NCBI GenBank assembly: GCA_032250835.1
Contig: JAVVEA010000003.1
Span: 121,458 to 185,457, forward strand
Length of the DNA stretch: 64,000 nt
DNA from: a bacterium
GTDB taxonomy: Bacteria; SAR324; XYD2-FULL-50-16
Direction: 5' to 3'
In this document: positions 49,493-58,581 of the stretch, in pieces
How positions within the stretch are numbered: the first letter of the stretch is position 1
How the letters are laid out: every line of letters starts with the position of its first letter
Notes under the pieces: generated by a model
Database searches by the model: none
What the model was told of the DNA's origin: nothing
What the model saw: only the letters and a program-made list of their open reading frames with translations
Made by a program: the position numbers and the translations under genes

Positions 49493-51691
49493 TCAATTGC
49501 TGGGCCCCAACAGACGGGCCCGGATCTCTTTTACGCTAGGTTCTTGAACCGCTATGAACTGCGCCAATAATGCAGCCCGGTGGGCTCCTTGATTTTCCGT
49601 TATATCGTCCTCTAGCGCCTTTAAGGCGGCGGCGGCCCGCAGCACCCCCAGGCTGAGGCAGGCCCCTTTGATGCGGTGGGCCTCTAGTTTAAGATGTTTT
49701 AAAGAATCCGGCTCAAGCAGCGCGCCTAAAGTCTCGGCTGCCCCTTCGAGGTCCTCTAAAAAGCTGCCCACCAATTCATCGACCAAGCGGGGCTCGTAGG
49801 TGGAACGCAACCTTTGGATCACGCCGGGGTCCAGCAAGGCGGGTTCGGGCGCAGCCGGGCGCGGTTCGCCGCAAAAATGCCAATCTGGGTCTTCAATTAA
49901 GCGCTGGCCCCAAAGGGCGATCCGCTCGGCCAATTGGTTTAGTTGAAGCGGTTTGGCCAAGAAGTCGTCCATGCCATGGAGCAGACAGGTTTTTCGGTCC
50001 TGGTCCGTGGCGTTGGCGCTGAGGCCGATGATCAGCGGTATGTGGGGCCCCGGCCAAGCGCCCTTGATCACTTGGCTGGTCTGTAGGCCGTCCATCTCGG
50101 GCATTTCCATATCCATCAAGATCAGGTCGTAATCTTGGTCGTACAGTTTTTCCATCACCACCACCCCATTCTCGGCGCTGTCGGCAGTATAGCCCATGCT
50201 GCCCAGTGCGGCCAAAGCGACCTTGAGGTTGGTCGGGTTATCTTCGGCGACTAAGACCTTAAAGGGGTAGGTCTCGTTTAAGAGCGGCAGTTTGGGGGCA
50301 CGGGCCGTGGTGTCTTGGCTCTGCTCGGGGGCCAACAACGCGGCGACCAGGGCGCTTGAGCGGATCGGTTTGGTTAAGGTTCGGTATTGGGCGGGGTCTT
50401 GAACGCCCAGAGGCAAACCCTTGGGGTTGAGCAACACCACCGGAGGCAGCGGCCGGAACTGCGCCAGCCATTCTAAGCTGTCCTGACCCCCTAGGTCGGG
50501 CAGGTGCCGGTCTACGATAAAGGCATGGTAGTCCGCCCGGTCTTTTAGCGCCTCGATGGACCGACCCCCCAAAAGATGGCAGTCGCAGGCACCCCCATAC
50601 CGGTTGATCAAACGACAAATCTGGGTCTTTAGCTGAGGGCTGCCAACGGCCAGCAAGAACCGGTGCCCCTGCAGCAAGCTCGCCTGCTCGGGTTTTGCCG
50701 CTGCTTGGGGGCGGTAGGGTAGGGTGAAATGGAATTGGGCCCCTTGCCCTAGTTGGCTATCTAGCCAGATTTTTCCCCCAAACAACTCCACCAGCGTTTT
50801 GCAGATCGAAAGGCCTAGACCGGTGCCGCCAAATTTACGATTCGTTGAAACGTCGGCCTGACCAAAGGCGGCAAAGAGCCGTTTTTGTACCGTCGGGGAG
50901 ATCCCTGGGCCCGTATCGCTGACGTAAAAATGCACCTGATTTTCTTCTAGTTCAAATCCAGCCGTGACCTCACCGGTTTCGGTGAACTTGACGGCATTAC
51001 CGATCAGGTTGACTAAAACTTGCTTTAGGCGGTGCGGGTCGCAAAGGACCGGCGGGAGCGGCTCACCGAGGCCGATCAACTCCAACCGCTTGGCGGCGGC
51101 GGTGGCCCCCATCAGGTCTAGGCTTTCTTCTAAGGCCAACTCCAAATCAACGGGGATTTCCTCTAGAGCCACCTTGCCCGATTCGAGGCGCGAGAAGTCC
51201 AGCAAGTCATTGATCACCGCCATCAGCAGGTCGCCTGAAGCGATGATGGTCTGTACGTAGTCGGTCTGGGCCGCACTCAGCGGGCTTAGCGCTAAGAGTT
51301 TGGCGGTGGTCACCACGCCGCCCAAGGGGGTGCGCAGTTCGTGGCTCATGCTGGCGAAGAAGCGGGCTTTGTCTTCTAAGGCTCGTTCGGCCACTTCCTT
51401 GGCTTCGCGCAGCGCCGCCTCGTTTTCGCGCAGTTGGCGTTCCACTTCGGTGCGGCGGGCTAGCTCTGCTTGTAGCGCCTTTTGGGCATCCAGTAATTTG
51501 CTTTCGTGCCGGTCATGGGTGTTGACCATCACCGTAAACTGGCGATAGAGCTTTTGGTAGGCCTCTAACAATTCAACAAAGCCATCACCCAATGCCGTAG
51601 CCTGCCCGCGAGCCTCAGATTCCAAGCGCTGCGCCTGTTCTAAAGATTGGCGTTCTTGATTAAATAAGTCTTGTGGCGGCGGTACAGGCAT
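49493..51691 (-). CDS. Cytoplasmic hybrid histidine kinase (HisKA-HATPase-REC-REC-HPt)
   Basis: MSHELRTP, NLIGNAVKFT, GGTGLGL, VAEDN...LMDMEMP, HPt AHRIKGA. Start position uncertain. Confidence 0.92.
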   Translation of the reverse strand: MPVPPPQDLFNQERQSLEQAQRLESEARGQATALGDGFVELLEAYQKLYRQFTVMVNTHDRHESKLLDAQKALQAELARRTEVERQLRENEAALREAKEVAERALEDKARFFASMSHELRTPLGGVVTTAKLLALSPLSAAQTDYVQTIIASGDLLMAVINDLLDFSRLESGKVALEEIPVDLELALEESLDLMGATAAAKRLELIGLGEPLPPVLCDPHRLKQVLVNLIGNAVKFTETGEVTAGFELEENQVHFYVSDTGPGISPTVQKRLFAAFGQADVSTNRKFGGTGLGLSICKTLVELFGGKIWLDSQLGQGAQFHFTLPYRPQAAAKPEQASLLQGHRFLLAVGSPQLKTQICRLINRYGGACDCHLLGGRSIEALKDRADYHAFIVDRHLPDLGGQDSLEWLAQFRPLPPVVLLNPKGLPLGVQDPAQYRTLTKPIRSSALVAALLAPEQSQDTTARAPKLPLLNETYPFKVLVAEDNPTNLKVALAALGSMGYTADSAENGVVVMEKLYDQDYDLILMDMEMPEMDGLQTSQVIKGAWPGPHIPLIIGLSANATDQDRKTCLLHGMDDFLAKPLQLNQLAERIALWGQRLIEDPDWHFCGEPRPAAPEPALLDPGVIQRLRSTYEPRLVDELVGSFLEDLEGAAETLGALLEPDSLKHLKLEAHRIKGACLSLGVLRAAAALKALEDDITENQGAHRAALLAQFIAVQEPSVKEIRARLLGPSN

Positions 51692-51720
51692 TGGAAACCA
51701 GATGGAAAAAGGAACGCCCA

Positions 51721-52419
51721 TTGTACCTAGACTCGCCGAAAAACGAAAGAAGCTTTCTGGGCCTATCGGGCCACCAACTGCACCAAGCCCTGATAGATGC
51801 GCTGCGGCGCGGCTTGCTGTACGGCATTACCGACCTTCGCTTCGGCCACGGAAGCCATCTCGAAGCCGCCCAGGCGCTGGTAGAGGCTGGGATTTGTCTG
51901 GTGCAGTACCGGGGCAAGGATACACCCCGAGCCCGCCAGCTTGAAGAATTGTTGGAGCTGGTCCCCTGGGCCGCCGAACGGGGTGCCGCGGTGGTGGTCA
52001 ACGACGATGCGGCCATGGCGCGGGCCGTGGGTGCCGCGGGCCTGCACTTAGGCCAAGGCGACAGGCCACCCTTAGAGGCGCGCGACTTGGTGGGCCCCCA
52101 TGTACTGCTGGGTCTTTCCACCCACAACCGTCAACAGGCCCTTAGCGCTTTGGGCCAGCCGGTAGACTACCTGGGCGTGGGCCCCGCCTATGCCACGCAA
52201 ACCAAACCCCAGGAACCCGAAGCAGGCCTCGGCTTCCTGGCCTGGGCGTCCCAAGAAATCACCCTGCCCCAAGTAGCCATCGGCGGCATCACCGAAGAGC
52301 GCTTGGGCGAGGTCTTAAAGACCGGCCAAAAAAGCCCCGCCCTCATCACCGCGCTGCTGGGTGCCCCAGACCTGAGGGCCAGCGTCGCCCGGATCAGCGC
52401 CAGGTTGGCCGATTGTTGA
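51721..52419 (+). CDS. thiE: Thiamine phosphate synthase
   Basis: LYGITD, QYRGK, VVNDD, GLHLGQGD, GLSTH, TQTK, AIGGI. Start uncertain (TTG 51721 after AAGGA). Confidence 0.9.
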   Translation: MYLDSPKNERSFLGLSGHQLHQALIDALRRGLLYGITDLRFGHGSHLEAAQALVEAGICLVQYRGKDTPRARQLEELLELVPWAAERGAAVVVNDDAAMARAVGAAGLHLGQGDRPPLEARDLVGPHVLLGLSTHNRQQALSALGQPVDYLGVGPAYATQTKPQEPEAGLGFLAWASQEITLPQVAIGGITEERLGEVLKTGQKSPALITALLGAPDLRASVARISARLADC

Positions 52420-52528
52420 AGGGGACTTGTAAGGTCTTGAAGAATTTTGCTATTAAGGAACCTAGTGCACCGGCAGCCATGGCAATACCGTCTCGCGGTC
52501 CGGGGCCTGATCTATTTTTTAAAGAGTT

Positions 52529-53053
52529 ATGAGTAGTCAAGGGATGAATAAACTATTGTTGCTCCTGCTGGGCTTGGCCTTGCTAACGGCGGGCTTTCTC
52601 TTTTGGCAGAATCAGCAGACCCAACAGGCGCTGGTGCAGATGCAACAGCAGATGCAGCGCTCTGCTATGAGCCCCGAAGGGAAAAAGGGAGAGGACCCCT
52701 ATCTGGCCGGTCCGGTCAAGAACAGCATCACCAAGGCCGCCGGGGAGCTACAGGCTTGTTACCTAGACTTGCTCAAAACCAAGCCCGAGATCACCGCCGG
52801 AAAGGTCCACCTAGACTGGCAGATCGACGGTGAAGGCAAGGTCTTTGGGGCCGGGATCGTCCAAAACCAACTGGGGGATAAGGCCTTTGGCGACTGCGTG
52901 GTCCAAAAGATTTCGGTGATCCGCTTCCCCCAGCCTCCCTTCGGCCAGCCCAAATATGTAGAACACAGCCTCTTTTTCAAAGACCAAGCGGCCCTCAAGG
53001 CTGACGCAGAAGCCCGCCAACAAGGCCCCTTAGTGCAGTTGCCCGCTCAGTAG
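52529..53053 (+). CDS. AgmX/PglI C-terminal (TonB-C-like) domain membrane protein
   Basis: TM helix, LQACY...GKVHLDWQID.EGKV...FGDCV...IRFPQP. Confidence 0.75.
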   Translation: MSSQGMNKLLLLLLGLALLTAGFLFWQNQQTQQALVQMQQQMQRSAMSPEGKKGEDPYLAGPVKNSITKAAGELQACYLDLLKTKPEITAGKVHLDWQIDGEGKVFGAGIVQNQLGDKAFGDCVVQKISVIRFPQPPFGQPKYVEHSLFFKDQAALKADAEARQQGPLVQLPAQ

Positions 53054-53190
53054 ACGGGGGATGGATTGCCCCTAACAACTGCCCCTAAGTTAAAGGGGTG
53101 GTGGTCGCGGTAGCCGAGGCGGCCAACAAACTTCCAGGGCCCTCAGATGGTGGGTTTCTGGATATTATTCAATAAAACTGTTAGGCTCTT

Positions 53191-53217
53191 TGTAACTTAT
53201 CCGCTCGTTGGTCCGAA
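53191..53217 (+). promoter_or_regulatory. Candidate ECF sigma promoter (sigmaF/EcfF type)
   Basis: TGTAAC-N17-CGAA about 90 nt upstream of the NPC-repeat cytochrome gene. Confidence 0.5.
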
Positions 53218-53304
53218 TATAGGCTATTAAGGAAGCACTCCTTTTAGGGAGGGCTTTTTGAGAAGGTACCCTAGAATCGACCAAACCCATTTAGGAATGT
53301 TGCT

Positions 53305-53838
53305 ATGAAGCCAACGCATCGTTTGTTGCTGTTGCCCCTATTTTTTGCTTTTTGCCTGTTCTCCTCCCCCAACCCCACCTTAGCCGAAGGAAACCAACAC
53401 TCCATGGGTAACCCTTGTGCCGCCAAAGGGATGAACCCTTGCGCGATGGGTAATCCCTGCGGCCTTGCGGCAATGAATCCTTGCTCCATGGAGGCCAAAG
53501 GGGCCGCGTTATGGGCCGACAAAAAGCTTTCGGGTGACCAACAGCGGTCCTGTTTGACCTGCCATCAAGGTGGGCAGTTGCTTAACTTGGATAAAGTGGG
53601 GCCCTTCCCTCATTACGTGTCTATGCCCAAGCGGAAGGTCACCTTAGAAGAGATGATCAATTTTTGTATGCAAGGGCCGATGAAGGCCAAGCCTTTCCCC
53701 AAAGGCTCAATGCAATTAAACGCTATGGCCGCATATTATCCCCGGTTGGTTAAAGAATATAAAATGAATTCAGGTCAGCCCAAAAAGGCCAATATGATGG
53801 GTAACCCTTGTGCCATGCACAATCCTTGTGCCCGTTAG
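53305..53838 (+). CDS. Periplasmic SoxA/TsdA-like monoheme cytochrome c with Asn-Pro-Cys repeats
   Basis: Signal peptide, CLTCH, FPHY...VTLEEMINFCMQGPMKAKP, six NPC motifs. Confidence 0.75.
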   Translation: MKPTHRLLLLPLFFAFCLFSSPNPTLAEGNQHSMGNPCAAKGMNPCAMGNPCGLAAMNPCSMEAKGAALWADKKLSGDQQRSCLTCHQGGQLLNLDKVGPFPHYVSMPKRKVTLEEMINFCMQGPMKAKPFPKGSMQLNAMAAYYPRLVKEYKMNSGQPKKANMMGNPCAMHNPCAR

Positions 53839-53944
53839 GCTGGGTGACAAATAGCATCCAGCCGGGAGCCTCTTAAAAACTTAGGTTTGGAGGGCGGGCC
53901 GCAAAAGTCCGCCTTCCAAAAGGATCCACTGCAACCAAGCACCT

Positions 53945-54769
53945 ATGAAACAAGACTGGATCGGGGACTTTGTTGGGGAATTTTTTGGCACCTTGCTGTT
54001 AGTTTTTTTTGGTTGTTCCACCGTAGCCGCTACGGTCCTGTTTGGGGCCCATGTGGGGCTGATGCAGGTGGCCTTGAGTTGGGGGGTGGCTGTAACCTTG
54101 TCGATTTACGCTAGCCGCCATCTGAGTTGCGCCCACCTCAACCCGGCGGTTTCCTTGGCCATGGTTTGTTCAAAACGAATGCGTTGGCGTAAGTTACCGA
54201 CCTATCTCTTGGGGCAATTCCTGGGTGCCTTTGCCGCTGCGGCTCTGGTGTACGCAGTATTCGGGCCGAGCATCACCCAATTTGAATGGGTACGGGGAAT
54301 CGTCCGAGGGAGTGCCGAATCTAAGGAAACGGCCATGATTTTTGGCGAGTTTTTCCCTAATCCAAGCCTACCCGCTTGGGCGGAGGTAACGGTTTGGAAT
54401 GCCTTTTTTTCTGAAGCCATCGGAACCGCCTTTTTGGTTTTAATGGTTTTTTCGCTCACCGAAAAATGTAACGTCGGGCGACCAGATGAGGCGTTGAGCC
54501 CCCTGTTTATTGGGGCCACGGTAACATTGATCATTGCGGTGCTGGCCCCGATCACCCAGGCGGGTTTAAACCCGGCTCGGGACTTAAGTCCTAGGCTCTT
54601 CGCTGCGGTTGCCGGCTGGGGCGAAGCGGCTTTCCCGCAGCCGGCTTGGAGCTTTTTGAGCGTCTATGTGGCGGGGCCGATGCTCGGGGCTCTGGTTGCG
54701 GCGGTGGCCTTTACCCAGCTGATGGAACCTTTAGCTCGTCAGAAAAATGACCGTGAAAGTTGCTGCTAA
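53945..54769 (+). CDS. MIP family channel (aquaglyceroporin-like)
   Basis: Two NPA motifs (HLNPAVS, GLNPARD); C-terminal CC. Confidence 0.92.
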   Translation: MKQDWIGDFVGEFFGTLLLVFFGCSTVAATVLFGAHVGLMQVALSWGVAVTLSIYASRHLSCAHLNPAVSLAMVCSKRMRWRKLPTYLLGQFLGAFAAAALVYAVFGPSITQFEWVRGIVRGSAESKETAMIFGEFFPNPSLPAWAEVTVWNAFFSEAIGTAFLVLMVFSLTEKCNVGRPDEALSPLFIGATVTLIIAVLAPITQAGLNPARDLSPRLFAAVAGWGEAAFPQPAWSFLSVYVAGPMLGALVAAVAFTQLMEPLARQKNDRESCC

Positions 54770-54824
54770 ATTGAGGTCCATCAACCGGGGGTCTTGGGTT
54801 CGCCAAATTATTGGTAGGGGTAAA

Positions 54825-55991
54825 ATGGTCGCTACCACAACCTTCTTTCTCCTCTTATTGGGCTTTTTGGGGGCTCCGTTAGGAGCCGCTCAAACACCAG
54901 ATTTTCTAAGCCAACATTGGCAGAGGCCCCTAAAGGACATGGGCCCTAAACCCCCAGGCAAGAGCTTTGCGGATATCAGCCTAGAGCCAGAGTCCTGTGG
55001 TCAATGCCACCCCCTTCAGTACGCCGACTGGAGCACTAGCTTGCATGCCTCGGCCCTCGGCCCTGGTGTGCTGGGACAGTTACAGGACTTGCCCCCGGCC
55101 GACCAGGAGAGCCATCAAGCCTGCTTGCGGTGCCATGCCCCCTTGGCCGAACAATCCAAGGGCCTCGTCGTCGAGTTATTGGGTCAGGGGCCAGGGTTGC
55201 ACCGCCACGGGGTGGTTTGTGCCGCTTGCCATGTCCGCAACTGGCAATGGTCGGGGCCACCTAGCCGAAACCCGAGCCCGGCGGTTAGCCCTAGCCCTCA
55301 TCAAGGTTTTGAGCCTAAAGCCGAGTTTTCCGACGCTGCCTTTTGTTCGGCTTGCCACCAATTTGGAGCCGAAGGCTACCAACTGAACGGAAAGCCCTTA
55401 GAAAACACCTATCAAGAATGGAAGGAAAGCCGCTTCGGACAGGCGAACCAACCTTGTCAGTCCTGTCATATGCCGGATCGGCGTCATCTTTTTAAAGGCA
55501 TCCACGATGCCGCCCTGGTTAAAAAGGCGGTGCCGGTGCAGCGGGTTGGTTGGCAGGTACGGGGCCAGAGGGTTTCGGGTGCTTGGGAAATCCATTCGGC
55601 CCAGGTCGGCCATCGGTTCCCCACTTATGTCACGCCCGAGGTGGTGGTGCAGGTGTTTTGGTTGGATGCCCAAGGCAAGGTCTTACCGGTATTGGGGCGC
55701 AAATGGCTGATCGCGCGCGTAGTGGACCTGGAACAGGGCCGGGAGCTATCGGATACCCGGATGTTTCCAGGCGAGAAACGCGTCTATTCCTTTGAAGGCC
55801 CGCAACCCCAAGGGGCGGCGGCCCTACGTTTCGAGGTGCGGGTAGACCCCGATGCCTATTACCGAAGGCTCTACCGACAGTACCTTAAAGGTTCGCCAGA
55901 GTCGCTTGGGCACCGAGCGATCCAGTTGGCCTACGATGCCAGCAAAAAGTCCGCCTACCTACTCTTTGCTGAAACCCTGAGTTTGCCCTAA
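54825..55991 (+). CDS. Pentaheme periplasmic cytochrome c (c554/c552-like)
   Basis: Signal peptide; CGQCH, CLRCH, CAACH, CSACH, CQSCH; C-terminal VGHRFPT. Confidence 0.88.
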   Translation: MVATTTFFLLLLGFLGAPLGAAQTPDFLSQHWQRPLKDMGPKPPGKSFADISLEPESCGQCHPLQYADWSTSLHASALGPGVLGQLQDLPPADQESHQACLRCHAPLAEQSKGLVVELLGQGPGLHRHGVVCAACHVRNWQWSGPPSRNPSPAVSPSPHQGFEPKAEFSDAAFCSACHQFGAEGYQLNGKPLENTYQEWKESRFGQANQPCQSCHMPDRRHLFKGIHDAALVKKAVPVQRVGWQVRGQRVSGAWEIHSAQVGHRFPTYVTPEVVVQVFWLDAQGKVLPVLGRKWLIARVVDLEQGRELSDTRMFPGEKRVYSFEGPQPQGAAALRFEVRVDPDAYYRRLYRQYLKGSPESLGHRAIQLAYDASKKSAYLLFAETLSLP

Positions 55992-56044
55992 GCTAATTAC
56001 AAAGTGGTGACCACTTGCATGAAAACCCCAGGCCCAAACCGACA

Positions 56045-56497
56045 ATGCACAAACTGTTTGTAACAATTAGCTGTTTTTTGTGGTTGAGCTCCGTGGCCTG
56101 CGCCGGTGATGGGTTGGTCAAACTCCGCAGTTCCTTTGATGTCAAAACTACCCTGGACCGGTTTGAGAGCCAACTAAGGTCCAAGGGCTTGACCATCTTT
56201 CTGCGGATCAACCACGCGGAGGGTGCCCAAAAGGTTGGAAGCCAGTTGCGAGCAACAGAGGTTCTCCTATTTGGCAACCCCAAGCTGGGAAGCCAGTTGA
56301 TGGCCTGCAATCCTCAGGTCGGGTTGGACCTCCCCCAAAAGGCGCTGGCCTTCGAAGACTCCCAGGGAATCGTTTGGCTAGCCTACAATGCCCCCAGTTA
56401 CCTAACAGAGCAGCATAACTTAACGGGGTGCGAAGCCGCAATCCAAACGCTGGAAAGGGGCCTGTCACAGTTCGCCAGTGCTGCGGCCTCAAAATAA
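56045..56497 (+). CDS. DUF302 domain protein
   Basis: GLTIFLRINHAEGA, FGNPKLGS, GLDLPQKAL. Confidence 0.88.
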   Translation: MHKLFVTISCFLWLSSVACAGDGLVKLRSSFDVKTTLDRFESQLRSKGLTIFLRINHAEGAQKVGSQLRATEVLLFGNPKLGSQLMACNPQVGLDLPQKALAFEDSQGIVWLAYNAPSYLTEQHNLTGCEAAIQTLERGLSQFASAAASK

Positions 56498-56537
56498 TGA
56501 CCAGGCTCTTTCGAGGGCATTTACTTAAACGCGATTG

Positions 56538-57263
56538 ATGGAAACAAGCCGCATCAGCATCGTTATCCCGGTCTACCAAGGGGCTACAGCCCCGCCTCAA
56601 GAACAACGTGAAACATGGTTGCGGCTGTTTCAAGCAGCCCCTAAGTCGATATGCTGGCACTTGGTCGAAAGCTACCGGTCCGGGGAAGGCCTACAAATTA
56701 TCCCTTGGCTCGCGCAGTACCCGCAAGCAAATCTTCGGTTGCATCCGCTGCCCCTAGAGCGCCCTCAACGCGCCGCTGCCTTCAACTTTGGCATCGCTCA
56801 GACGCAAACCAAACTGGTGGCGCTGATCCACCAAGACTGTTTGCCCGACTTAGCGGGGCTCACCATGCTGGCCGAGTCCGAAGAGTGGGCCTGGGGTGGG
56901 TTTAATAAATGTTATGAGCCATCCCATTGGATGTTAAAACTATCCAGCCTTTACCAAAACCAGGTAAGGTTCCCAAGGGGCTTGTTGGTGGGCACCAATG
57001 GGTTTGTGTTCCCCCGTAGTTTTTGGGAGCGCCACCCCTTTAGGGGGGATTTTCTTGAAGACCTAGGTTTTTCGGACCAGATCCAGAAGGAATTGGGGCG
57101 GCCCAAGTCCTTTGGCATACTGCGCGTGTCCTCCACCCGATACCACCGCCGCGGGGTGGCGCGCTGTTTGTTGGAAAACAGTCTGATTTTGTTGGGTTAT
57201 CGGTTGGGGCTAAGCCCCAGATTTTTAAGGCAATTTTATCGACCCATGAAGGAGCCATGTTAG
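56538..57263 (+). CDS. Family 2 glycosyltransferase, TIGR04283 (arsenosugar/rSAM-associated)-like
   Basis: ISIVIP, RAAAFNFG, LIHQD, FLED, SSTRY..RG...YRLGLSP..L...Y tail typical of this family. Confidence 0.7.
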   Translation: METSRISIVIPVYQGATAPPQEQRETWLRLFQAAPKSICWHLVESYRSGEGLQIIPWLAQYPQANLRLHPLPLERPQRAAAFNFGIAQTQTKLVALIHQDCLPDLAGLTMLAESEEWAWGGFNKCYEPSHWMLKLSSLYQNQVRFPRGLLVGTNGFVFPRSFWERHPFRGDFLEDLGFSDQIQKELGRPKSFGILRVSSTRYHRRGVARCLLENSLILLGYRLGLSPRFLRQFYRPMKEPC

Positions 57264-58411
57264 CGGCCCTTTCGGCGAGCCTTGCCCTGGTCCCCTGGTG
57301 GATGGCCCCACTGCCCTTTCCAGCCCAATTGGCGCTGGCTTGGTTGGGCTATTGGGGGTTACACCGCTTTGGCCACCCCGCGAGGTTTTGGCTGTGGTGG
57401 GTTTTGGGCTTCGCTACTTTGGGCTTTAGGTGGGCTCAGCCCGCCATCCAGGCAGACGACTACTTGCGGTATCTCTTTGACGGGCAACTGGTCCTGCAAG
57501 GGGTCAACCCCTATGGTTTGGTGCCCCAGGACCTTCCGTTATACCAGACCTTTTGGACTCCCAAGGGGAACATCCCGACCATCTATCCCCCCTTGGCCGA
57601 AGGGATTTTTACGGTAGCTGCTTGGATTGCCTTAGGGTTGCCGGGGCTTCGGCTTTTGTCGGCGTTGGCATTGATGTTTCTGATGCCCTTGGCCTTTTGG
57701 GCATGGCCCAAGGCAAAGGCGCAAAGGTTTTTGCTGCTGGTCCTCTATTGTCCGTTAGTCCAACAAGAGCTCTTCCACTCGGCCCATGTGGATGTATGGT
57801 TGTTGCCGCTTCTGTTCGGGTGGTATCTTTTGGCCAAAGGTAAGCGGAGCGTTGCTGCGGGCGGGGTGTTAGGGTTGGCGGTGCTGTTGAAGTTAAGTCC
57901 CCTGGTCCTGTTTCCCCTATGGGCGGTAGGGATTTCGCTCCGGCAAAGGTGGTGGGCGGCGCTGGGTCTCTGCGGGGTGTTGGCTCTCGGTTTTGGGCTC
58001 TTTTACCCTCAGCAACCCTTTAGCGCCCTAGCCCTGTTTTATCAGTCCATCGAGGGGTATAGCCCCTTTTACCGGTTGCTCCGGTGGGGCTTAGACCGCG
58101 AGACGGCCCGCTTGGCCTTAGCTTCGCTGGGAACCGCCGGGTATCTGATTTGGCTGGCCCGCAACCCCCAGCTAGATCATTTGTTCTGGGTCTTCGCCGG
58201 GCTGTTTCTGTTTACGCCGACCGGATTCCCCTGGTATCTCGCCCCCTTATTGTTGGTACCCAAGGTAGGCTGGCCCAGCTGGTGGGTACTTTTCTGCGCT
58301 CTGGCTCATTTACAATATTATCTCCTTTGGCCCTATGGCTGGGCCCTAGAATTGGGTCTTTTAGCCTTTGGCTGGTTCCAAACCCTTTACCCCCAACGGA
58401 GTTCTGCATGA
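57257..58411 (+). CDS. Polytopic GT-C type glycosyltransferase (GT87-like)
   Basis: DDYLRYLFDG...GVNPY, TIYPP, AHVD, PWY; many TM helices. Confidence 0.75.
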   Translation: MLAALSASLALVPWWMAPLPFPAQLALAWLGYWGLHRFGHPARFWLWWVLGFATLGFRWAQPAIQADDYLRYLFDGQLVLQGVNPYGLVPQDLPLYQTFWTPKGNIPTIYPPLAEGIFTVAAWIALGLPGLRLLSALALMFLMPLAFWAWPKAKAQRFLLLVLYCPLVQQELFHSAHVDVWLLPLLFGWYLLAKGKRSVAAGGVLGLAVLLKLSPLVLFPLWAVGISLRQRWWAALGLCGVLALGFGLFYPQQPFSALALFYQSIEGYSPFYRLLRWGLDRETARLALASLGTAGYLIWLARNPQLDHLFWVFAGLFLFTPTGFPWYLAPLLLVPKVGWPSWWVLFCALAHLQYYLLWPYGWALELGLLAFGWFQTLYPQRSSA

Positions 58412-58578
58412 TGCCTCTTACCTTGATTTCAACCGCCTTTGCCAAGTCTCCTTTGGGGAGTGCCAAAGCCTTCCATGACTACCAATCGGGCGGCAACGCC
58501 TTGCTCGAATTTGGGGCTACCCTGGCGATTGGGGTGGCTCTGGTATTGGTCTATTATTGGTTTCGGCGCAAAAAGTAG
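58408..58578 (+). CDS. Small membrane protein (56 aa)
   Basis: ATGA overlap with the GT-C stop; C-terminal TM helix followed by RRKK. Confidence 0.55.
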   Translation: MMPLTLISTAFAKSPLGSAKAFHDYQSGGNALLEFGATLAIGVALVLVYYWFRRKK

Positions 58579-58581
58579 GGG

